A stretch of 26,768 nt of DNA from a virus (taxonomy: Duplodnaviria > Caudoviricetes). Each line of letters opens with the position of its first letter. Position 1 is the first letter of the stretch. Shown here piece by piece: positions 1 through 6,700 of this stretch. The stretch lies in IMG/VR virus record IMGVR_UViG_3300011444_000021, positions 1-26,768 of that record; one strand, given 5' to 3'. Under the pieces are notes generated by a model that searched no databases, was not told the DNA's origin, and was given only the letters and a program-made list of their open reading frames with translations. The translations under genes and the position numbers were made by a program.

Positions 1-453
1 ATAGGACAGCATTTCTTCCCACTTTCCATCTGTGACCATGTCGGAAGCGTGCTTTCCATTCGCGTAATCACGAACTTCCTTCGACAGGATGCGACCTTGG
101 AGATGTGAAACGGCATCCGCCAAGGACCTTCGATTGCAGAGATACGACGACATATTCGCCGTGCAATACCACTCGGCGGGTTGGACTCGGGGAATCAGCC
201 CGCGCTCTTCCGCTGCCGCCGTCACCATTGCGTCAAAGCGCTTGTTATGGCTGACTAGAGTTTGCCCTTCAATCGCGGCGAAGTTGAAATCACGCGGCGC
301 ACCGGCCCACGAATCTTCACCATCGCTCACCGCCAGCAGATAGGGGTCGAACCGGTCATCATGGAGGTAGCGCCATATACCAAGTTCCTTGATGCCGTAG
401 CCCTGCTTGGTGGCGTAGAAAGTTTCCCAATCATATCCGATTACTCGTTTCAT
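1..453 (-). CDS. Family A DNA polymerase, N-terminal 3'-5' exonuclease domain (runs off the window)
   Basis: Hand-translated and absent from the ORF track: MKRVIGYDWETFY...VSHNKRFDAM...EEMLSY, with ExoI DxET and ExoII HNxxFD motifs. The ATG at 453 overlaps the TGA of the upstream Mom-like gene (ATGA). Confidence 0.85.
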   Translation of the reverse strand, partial: MKRVIGYDWETFYATKQGYGIKELGIWRYLHDDRFDPYLLAVSDGEDSWAGAPRDFNFAAIEGQTLVSHNKRFDAMVTAAAEERGLIPRVQPAEWYCTANMSSYLCNRRSLADAVSHLQGRILSKEVRDYANGKHASDMVTDGKWEEMLSY

Positions 454-1109
454 AGATAATAGACAAAGCAATGTTTCGGGGGAAGCGGAACTTTTTCAAG
501 GAGACCTAACGCCAATTTTGCTCGGAGTTTTTTGACGAAGGGCTTAAAGTCTCCCTTATACTTCACCCTCAAGCTTCGAGAGTGATATACTTTCCCGGTT
601 TCTGTATCCCGATACCCCGAGTCAGGAGAGGAAACTCCCAAATACTTAAAATTCGACGCTTTGTAAATGGTTCCACAATGCCCGAATCGGGGGTCGGCAT
701 AGCTCACTACTATCTCGGTCAAGGGCAAAAGTTTTCTAATCTGACGAAGGGTGTATCCGATTACTTTGGATTCCGAATTTTTCGGAACGCGGTCAAGCAA
801 AACCAACCGGCGAAGTTCAATAACTTTTTCCTCGGAGCTACCAAATTTTCTCCACGCGGTAGTCGCCATTGGACCAAAAATCACTGCCCCCACTAGCTCG
901 TTATCCATCTCCACCTTGAAACATTGTCGTGTCGTAACTCCGTTGACCGAACGACTGTAATGATTTGTTTCTACAAACTCGCGTATCTCCAAGAGCGAGC
1001 ATGGCGAAATTTGGAGCGCGCGGGTCGGAGTTGCACCGCCATCTAATGTCTGGTTGACATTCATTTTCGTTAAACTACGCGCGCAGAAAAAAGTTACTTT
1101 AGGGTGCAA
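450..1109 (-). CDS. Mom-like GNAT-fold DNA adenine modification protein (start uncertain: TTG 1109 or ATG 1064)
   Basis: Mom-family motifs NHYS, GAVIFG, IELRRL, KNSESKVI and VVSYADPRFGHCGTIYKASNFKYLG. Confidence 0.85.
   Translation of the reverse strand: MHPKVTFFCARSLTKMNVNQTLDGGATPTRALQISPCSLLEIREFVETNHYSRSVNGVTTRQCFKVEMDNELVGAVIFGPMATTAWRKFGSSEEKVIELRRLVLLDRVPKNSESKVIGYTLRQIRKLLPLTEIVVSYADPRFGHCGTIYKASNFKYLGVSSPDSGYRDTETGKVYHSRSLRVKYKGDFKPFVKKLRAKLALGLLEKVPLPPKHCFVYYL
1012..1084 (-). tRNA. Atypical tRNA-Gly-like RNA (anticodon ACC) overlapping the 5' end of Mom-like gene 1
   Basis: GCGCGCG TA GTTT-AACGA-AAAT G AATGT-CA ACC AG-ACATT AGAT GGCGG-TGCAACT-CCGACC CGCGCGC T CCA: a 73-nt cloverleaf with U73 and encoded CCA. 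Confidence 0.8.
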
Positions 1110-1420
1110 CCAATCGTCGGATGACGCATGACCTTCCGATGAATGATGACGCGAGCGAGCATGTTCAACCGCTCCTCAGTTTTCTTGACTGCTTGACCCG
1201 TGATGAACCACGCCCCGTCGGAATAGGCCATATCGGACGTATCCGCGATGGCGAGTTGTCGAATAGAAGAGTCCAAGTCGGCTTCGATTTGCGTGAGGAA
1301 CTCTTCACTGACCCGGGTGAACTTCCCCGCGCGCTTTTCCGCGGAGACCTTGAGAGCATATCTCTTGACCGCGCTGCGGTTGATGATGCCCTGTGTTTTT
1401 GTTACGAGTTCAGTTTCCAT
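1094..1420 (-). CDS. Hypothetical protein, possible prokaryotic or phage histone-fold
   Basis: IINRSAVKRYAL...TRVSEEFLTQIEADL...RHPTIGCTLK resembles the alpha1, L1-RVS, alpha2 and L2-KTL pattern of minimal histone folds (by eye). Confidence 0.5.
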   Translation of the reverse strand: METELVTKTQGIINRSAVKRYALKVSAEKRAGKFTRVSEEFLTQIEADLDSSIRQLAIADTSDMAYSDGAWFITGQAVKKTEERLNMLARVIIHRKVMRHPTIGCTLK

Positions 1421-1644
1421 TGAAGCGCGCCTCGTTTTGTTCGGGAGTTGTGCCGCCTTGAGTCTCCCAAATTGGATATTGAATCTCCTCCGGCGCAGTG
1501 CCCGGAACCGTTACTGTATTTTCTGTCGTTTCGTTTTGCATAGAAAAGGTCAGGGCCGGAGGAGTTGAACCCCCGGACTCACCGGTCTGCCGGTGGTGAA
1601 AGACGGGTCCCCGCGCGTGGGGCTCTTTCTCCCTCATAAATTAT

Positions 1645-2097
1645 TTAACCGCGAGTCTCTCCCCCGAGCATAAAGCTCCAGTGGTGCCAACGACTCTTCC
1701 GGCGTATCCGAACCGAGACACAAAACGGTTGGTCGTTCCACCACCAGTCCGAGTTTGGAACCATCTGATATGCTCTCACACGAAGCGGCCATCTCGGGAT
1801 AAGTCTTTCCCCCGCCGGACAATCCGCGAAGTAAAGGTCGCATTCGTCCGCACCAAAGTAGAACACCCGTCGGTAAAGGAAATTTTTTCGGACCTCCGTT
1901 TTCTCCCGGATTATCTGACCGAGATACGCCGACATATCGTGTTGTCGATGGTCGAATTTACAACATTCGGGAAGTCGGTCGATTCCTAGAAAACTCATTA
2001 CACAATCCGTCTTGCCTTCGCGATTTAGAACCCGCGCGTCTCGTAACGTCACGAGTGACCGATTCCGCAGCACCGCGAGAATTTCCTCGTGGGTCAT
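1645..2097 (-). CDS. Hypothetical phage protein
   Basis: The ATG at 2097 overlaps the SprT-like stop (ATGA), so the ORF-track call was trimmed. Confidence 0.6.
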   Translation of the reverse strand: MTHEEILAVLRNRSLVTLRDARVLNREGKTDCVMSFLGIDRLPECCKFDHRQHDMSAYLGQIIREKTEVRKNFLYRRVFYFGADECDLYFADCPAGERLIPRWPLRVRAYQMVPNSDWWWNDQPFCVSVRIRRKSRWHHWSFMLGGETRG

Positions 2098-2693
2098 TCG
2101 CCCTCCATTTCCTCGGGAATGTCCATCGTCAGCGGTTTCTTGTCCGTCGGACAAATCGGCGGTCCGAAGTCCGCCCACTTCTTCGCGAGGCGAACCGTGT
2201 AACCGCAGCAATCGCACTCGGCTTTGTGCATCCGCGTCGTCTGGACCTTGCGCTCCTTGATGACCATCAGTTCGCTGTGTGGGTAAGGCCCAAGTTCAAT
2301 CAGCATACGCCCGAGACGCTCAACCATCGCGGCGTCCGCCGTCGTCGCCGTGGGCTTGCCTTCCAGACCGACCAGCTTCATCGCCCGCTTGAACTTGGGG
2401 CCGTGTTTCGCTTTGCAGCCGATGGACGCGTGGACCATCTCGTGGATGAGTGTAGCGAGCACGCCTTGCGTCGTCGCGGCGTCGCAGAGCATTGGTGAGA
2501 TGAAAAGCTGCGGCTTGCCATCAGCAGCGCAGAGACCGTCCCAGCACTCGCCAATGACTTTTTTCTTGGTGGCGAGCCCGCCCTTGGACGGGAACCCGCA
2601 TGACACCCGGAGTTCCGGGACAGCAAGACCAGCACCTCGGAAAAGAGGCGTGAGCTTTGCAACCGCATCGGTCAACCATTGTTCTCGGTTCAT
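2094..2693 (-). CDS. SprT-like zinc metalloprotease with C-terminal Zn ribbon
   Basis: TLIHEMVHA...HGPKF (HExxH plus a third His), and CDCCGY...CPTD. ATGA-coupled start at 2693 (MNREQW). Confidence 0.8.
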   Translation of the reverse strand: MNREQWLTDAVAKLTPLFRGAGLAVPELRVSCGFPSKGGLATKKKVIGECWDGLCAADGKPQLFISPMLCDAATTQGVLATLIHEMVHASIGCKAKHGPKFKRAMKLVGLEGKPTATTADAAMVERLGRMLIELGPYPHSELMVIKERKVQTTRMHKAECDCCGYTVRLAKKWADFGPPICPTDKKPLTMDIPEEMEGE

Positions 2694-3100
2694 ACGACCC
2701 CCCATTTATTCTCGGCAATCAATTGCACGCGCTTTTCGTTGGCAATTTTGATGGCTTGCGTCAGGTCGGTTCCATATTCGTGAAAATAGTAGCACCCCTG
2801 CTCATCGCGGTTTCCCATCGGGTAAGGGCGAACCATCTCGGGTTGCTTGTGCAGGCCAAAGTGAGTATCAGTCTGTGACCGGCGGACGTTCCCCGCGCGG
2901 TCCATGACGATGAAAAAATAGTTGTAGTGCCCCGGGGCACCTGATTGATTGTCCAATATCCATTCTTCAACGTAGCACGGATTGTCATCCGCGAATGTGA
3001 CCGCCGCGTCGGCTTTTTCCCGAGTCGTAAAGACCCCAATGTTTCGACGGTCAGAGTATTCACCCTGCGTCACAACGTAAACTTTCGTAGGTTCGTTCAT
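2690..3100 (-). CDS. Hypothetical phage protein
   Basis: The N-terminus KVYVVTQGEYSD...IGVFTTREKA is a common phage small-protein pattern. The ATG at 3100 lies just below a promoter. Confidence 0.65.
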   Translation of the reverse strand: MNEPTKVYVVTQGEYSDRRNIGVFTTREKADAAVTFADDNPCYVEEWILDNQSGAPGHYNYFFIVMDRAGNVRRSQTDTHFGLHKQPEMVRPYPMGNRDEQGCYYFHEYGTDLTQAIKIANEKRVQLIAENKWGVV

Positions 3101-3106
3101 ACAATC

Positions 3107-3134
3107 AATATAGCACAAGGGTTTCAAATGTCAA
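3107..3134 (-). promoter_or_regulatory. Sigma70-like promoter, probably giving a leaderless mRNA
   Basis: TTGACA-N16-TATATT with TGn extension, 6 nt above the ATG at 3100. Confidence 0.6.
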
Positions 3135-3316
3135 ATCAGCGAAAAAGCCGAAATCGGTTTACCCGGAGCGTCCAACGAAAAAATTTGACTTCTAGCGTAT
3201 CCCACAAGCAGAGCCCCGTGTCGAGGGGGGTGATATACTCCATGCCGAACGCTGCGCCGCTGGTGGCTTTGGTGACGTGCGTCTGCCATCGCACTTCGGC
3301 AAATTTGGGCATCATA

Positions 3317-3350
3317 GAAAAGAGGGGCGGAGGTTGTTAAGCTCCGCCCC
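3317..3350 (-). terminator. Rho-independent terminator
   Basis: GGGGCGGAG-loop-CTCCGCCCC followed by TCTTTTC, just after the 3365 stop. Confidence 0.75.
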
Positions 3351-3364
3351 GTGTAAACAGTCGG

Positions 3365-4264
3365 TTACTTCAGGCCGATGACTTCGTAAACGAACGCCTG
3401 AAACGCGGCGCTGTTCTTCAGTCCGGGGCGAACCACCGGGACGGCGGCAAAGTTCTCACCGAACTTCTCCATCTTCGAGGTGAGACCCCAGCTTTGCTTT
3501 GCGTAGCCGGAGCGCAGGTGCCCAATCTTGCGGGCGGTGAACATCGCCTTCGCAGCGTGCGTGTAGGCGGTGCCCTTCATGCTCCACAGCACGAGCGCGT
3601 AGAACTTGCCTTCGCACTCATACGGGAACTCGATGTGGTCTTCGTCGGCGAGCTTCGCGGGCTTCTCCACGAGACACAGGGCGGTAGCAAGGCGTTGAAA
3701 ATACCTTAATGCCTTGCCCGTTCCCGCTTTCGCGGCCTTCTCACTGGCGTCCCACTCTTTGTAATCGAGCGTGCCGCCATGCTTGACGACTTCCTGTTCA
3801 GTGTGGGCGAGGATACCCATCACGCCGCCGACAACCTTCTCGGCGAACTGGGTTTTCTTGAACCCGAGGACCGTGATGTTCAGCGGCGGGTCGCCAGCCA
3901 CACCAGCTTTCGCTGGAGTGTGAATGACGAGTGCCTGCTTCAACACGATTTCGCCCGGGTTGAAGATTTCGGACAAATCGCCGACCTTCTGGACGATGTT
4001 GATACGCGGGAGGATGATGTCCTCGAATCCGATGTTCTGGTCATCGAACGCAATGGGCGAGTCCACGACAGCGGGGACTTCCGGGGCGTTGACTACCACA
4101 TTCTGCGGCGTCGCCGGAATCGCAATTGCCGGGACTGGAACGTCCACGTCAATCACGACGGCGTTGGCAACCGCCGGGGCGACGGTCGTATGGCTTTCCA
4201 CCGTGACGCCGTCCACGGGCGTCGGAGTTTCACTGACAGTTTTTTCAAACGACAACTTACTCAT
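3365..4264 (-). CDS. Phage replication protein, putative ssDNA-binding or annealing protein
   Basis: DIILPRINIVQ...PGEIVL motif after a low-complexity P/V/A N-terminus. Lies next to the DUF2800-like nuclease and is followed by a terminator. Confidence 0.5.
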   Translation of the reverse strand: MSKLSFEKTVSETPTPVDGVTVESHTTVAPAVANAVVIDVDVPVPAIAIPATPQNVVVNAPEVPAVVDSPIAFDDQNIGFEDIILPRINIVQKVGDLSEIFNPGEIVLKQALVIHTPAKAGVAGDPPLNITVLGFKKTQFAEKVVGGVMGILAHTEQEVVKHGGTLDYKEWDASEKAAKAGTGKALRYFQRLATALCLVEKPAKLADEDHIEFPYECEGKFYALVLWSMKGTAYTHAAKAMFTARKIGHLRSGYAKQSWGLTSKMEKFGENFAAVPVVRPGLKNSAAFQAFVYEVIGLK

Positions 4265-4291
4265 GTTTTTTCTTTCTGTTTTGGGTTTTGT

Positions 4292-5554
4292 TTACTTAGG
4301 GGCGATTTTGCCCTTGTCTTGCTTCTTGCTTTGGCGCAGGAACGCAAAAGGATTACCGAGTTCGACGATATTTGCATCCTGCAATCGTTGTCCGAACTCT
4401 TCGACGGTGCGCTCCTTCTGACCACGCGGAGCGACGGCGGAAATCAAATCTTCAATAGGCCCGAGCGGGATATCGAACAGCTTTTCGACTTCCTCGTGCA
4501 TCCCGGGCGGAAGAAACTCCTTCGCCATGTCCGCAAACTTGCGCGCGTCGAGAAGCTTCCGCTTCTGCATCGTAACGAGCGTGTAGCCCTCGGGGATGAA
4601 CTCCATGTTTTCGATGGTCTTCTCCGTCGCCTGCCGACGAAACGCTTCGGCCCAGACCTTGACCACGTCCGCGAGCCGAAGACCCATGTCCACGTCAACG
4701 GGGTTACTCAAGGTCGTTGGATTCACATTTTCCGGGATGGCGAGGGGCTTGTATTTCTGCCCCACCTTGAGTGCGAGCGCGGCGACTGCCGGACACTTTC
4801 CAACCAGCGCGCAGAAAAGACAGGTGCCGACGTTCGGACGAGCGGACGAGAAGTCATTCGAGTTAGCTGCGGCGGCAATTGAGCGTCCCACTACAACGCG
4901 AATACGGAGATAAAATTCCGAACAGTCCGTCAGGTCAAACGTATGCTCCGACATCTCGTCGATATGCGGTTGGATGAAGGATACTTGGCACTTGCGAAGC
5001 CCCGGGAACATCTTCTTCAGGCCCAGCATGTAGGCGATGCCTTGAAGATTGTCCTCAGCAGAAGTCACCGCGTTTCGTCCAAATTTGTAATCGACGATGT
5101 CCGCCTCGGTTTCATCCGCGGAGATAACCGCGAAGTCAAGGAAGCCCGCCGTGGTGCCCTCGAATACTCTGTGCTCAGTCTTTCCTTGACGGAATCCGGG
5201 AGAAATTTGTCCATCCTCGGTGACGATGTCGAATCGTTCAATGCTCTTTACTGTGATAACGAGGACTTCTTCATCAATCGGGAGATAGACTTCCGTGAGA
5301 ATTTTTCCTCCGGGATAGCTGGAGGCGCGCTCTTCACAGAAAATCATGCAGTTCGCCACCGCGGCGGCACGGTCATCAGAGAGCCGGTTGTCGTCCGCTC
5401 CGCGCTCGACCGCGTCGTGCTGGATGCTACCGAAGACCGCGGCTTCGTTTGTGGAATTGCGATTCTGAAACTTGGGGCAGGCTTCGCGAGATTGGAGTGA
5501 AGATGGAGAAAATGGGTGATGCACCCGCTCAGTGTTAGGCACTTCGTTATTCAT
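4292..5554 (-). CDS. DUF2800/Cas4-like PD-(D/E)XK exonuclease
   Basis: HHPFSPSS...CP, GFLDF...IVDYKFG, NLQGIAY and CLFC...CP motifs. Confidence 0.8.
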   Translation of the reverse strand: MNNEVPNTERVHHPFSPSSLQSREACPKFQNRNSTNEAAVFGSIQHDAVERGADDNRLSDDRAAAVANCMIFCEERASSYPGGKILTEVYLPIDEEVLVITVKSIERFDIVTEDGQISPGFRQGKTEHRVFEGTTAGFLDFAVISADETEADIVDYKFGRNAVTSAEDNLQGIAYMLGLKKMFPGLRKCQVSFIQPHIDEMSEHTFDLTDCSEFYLRIRVVVGRSIAAAANSNDFSSARPNVGTCLFCALVGKCPAVAALALKVGQKYKPLAIPENVNPTTLSNPVDVDMGLRLADVVKVWAEAFRRQATEKTIENMEFIPEGYTLVTMQKRKLLDARKFADMAKEFLPPGMHEEVEKLFDIPLGPIEDLISAVAPRGQKERTVEEFGQRLQDANIVELGNPFAFLRQSKKQDKGKIAPK

Positions 5555-5564
5555 AATCGTGAAG

Positions 5565-5594
5565 AAGAAATGCGAGGAGAGTTGTTTTTGTCAA
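5565..5594 (-). promoter_or_regulatory. Repeated phage promoter motif, copy 1
   Basis: TTGACA-N16-CATTTCTT, 10 nt above ATG 5554. Overlapped by a perfect 13-bp inverted repeat (5572-5584/5592-5604). Confidence 0.6.
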
Positions 5595-5610
5595 CTCTCC
5601 TCGCCTGCAA

Positions 5611-5883
5611 TCAATTCTCCTCGGCGTTCTTACGATGAATGGCACGCGCCTCCGCCCACTTGTTTGACGTGCGGGGAGACTCCACGAGACGGGAAGAGGT
5701 CTCCGACTCGGGCACATAAGTCTTGGTCACGCGAAGTGCCACAACCCCGCGCTTGCTTTCGGCGAGCGACTGAGCGCGTTCCGCGCATAGGTCCGCCCAT
5801 TGGTTCGTTTCGGGACGACCCCGCGACCCCCAGAGAGCCGCCATGATTTCCCGACCGCCGCATCCGACTTTTCCGCGCTTCAT
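5611..5883 (-). CDS. Hypothetical protein
   Basis: ATG 1 nt after the upstream stop, in operon orientation. Confidence 0.45.
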   Translation of the reverse strand: MKRGKVGCGGREIMAALWGSRGRPETNQWADLCAERAQSLAESKRGVVALRVTKTYVPESETSSRLVESPRTSNKWAEARAIHRKNAEEN

Positions 5884-5884
5884 A

Positions 5885-6064
5885 TTAGTAGTTTCCTTTC
5901 ACTCGCTTCATCATTTTCTTTCCAGTGGGGTGCCACCCGTGGTGCACGGCACGCAACAGTCGGGCTTGGCTCTCCGCCTTCGCCTTCGTGGTGTGCTTCG
6001 CCTTCACGCCGCCCGGCGTGGAGACTCGGTATCCACCCTTCACTTTGGTTATTTTCTCAGGCAT
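5885..6064 (-). CDS. Small basic hypothetical protein (59 aa)
   Basis: Hand-translated MPEKITKVKGGYRVSTPGGVKAKHTTKAKAESQARLLRAV..., with a GGAGGTGA Shine-Dalgarno at 6071-6078. Confidence 0.7.
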   Translation of the reverse strand: MPEKITKVKGGYRVSTPGGVKAKHTTKAKAESQARLLRAVHHGWHPTGKKMMKRVKGNY

Positions 6065-6070
6065 AGTATC

Positions 6071-6700
6071 TCACCTCCCTTCGTCTGTCAAATCGAACTG
6101 AAAAACATGTTTCGGAGGGCAGACAATAATCTCAATTTCCTTCTCCGGAAATATTTTCTTTAGTCCGCTCCCCGAACATCCGTAAGCATCAAAAACACTT
6201 TTCGGATGAAATTCTTTTCCATCGATAACGATGCGGCGTGTCCCGTGACCAACCTCCATTCCCAAATATCGGAAATTGCTGGCCCGATAAATCCCGCCGC
6301 GATGCCCGAATCTCGGGTCGGAAAAACTTACGACTCTGTGATGTCCAGTTTGTTTCTTCAACCATCTCAGCGCCCATCCGATGAACTTGGATTCTGAGTT
6401 CTTTGAGCACTCATCGAGCATCGCGAGCCGGACTAACTCAAGGTCTGCCCCATACGCTTTTTCAACTTTCGGGAGCGACGGTTTGCGGAACACCAGCGCC
6501 CCAACCACTCGGGACTTCGACTCCGCGACAAAGTAGAATTTTCCCGGAGGACAACTCTGAGAGTAGTGAACTCGGGAAATAAATTTCCTCGGCTCTATCG
6601 AATCCGAGGGACGAAAGTGGAGCGCGGAGGTCGGAATTGCACCGCCATCAGAGGGCTGGATGCCCCCGGTTTTCGTTAAACTATCCGCGCAAAGATTCAT
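6071..6700 (-). CDS. Second Mom-like GNAT-fold DNA adenine modification protein
   Basis: VHYS, GALVF, LELVRL, KNSESKFIG and VVSFSDPRFGHRGGIYRASNFRYLG. The ATG overlaps the helicase TGA. Confidence 0.85.
   Translation of the reverse strand: MNLCADSLTKTGGIQPSDGGAIPTSALHFRPSDSIEPRKFISRVHYSQSCPPGKFYFVAESKSRVVGALVFRKPSLPKVEKAYGADLELVRLAMLDECSKNSESKFIGWALRWLKKQTGHHRVVSFSDPRFGHRGGIYRASNFRYLGMEVGHGTRRIVIDGKEFHPKSVFDAYGCSGSGLKKIFPEKEIEIIVCPPKHVFQFDLTDEGR
6618..6690 (-). tRNA. Atypical tRNA-Gly-like RNA (anticodon TCC) inside Mom-like gene 2
   Basis: GCGCGGA TA GTTT-AACGA-AAAC C GGGGG-CA TCC AG-CCCTC TGAT GGCGG-TGCAATT-CCGACC TCCGCGC T CCA: 73 nt, with stems that covary with the 1012-1084 copy. Confidence 0.82.

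Noticed and set aside
1012-1084. attP or tRNA fragment left by integration
   Set aside because: The element is a full-length cloverleaf, occurs twice with compensatory changes and has no adjacent integrase.
3779-4882. 367-aa plus-strand ORF
   Set aside because: Antisense shadow of the SSB-like and DUF2800-like genes, with no motifs.
4292-5554. CRISPR-associated Cas4
   Set aside because: It sits in a replication module with no cas1/cas2 or array, which fits a stand-alone phage exonuclease.
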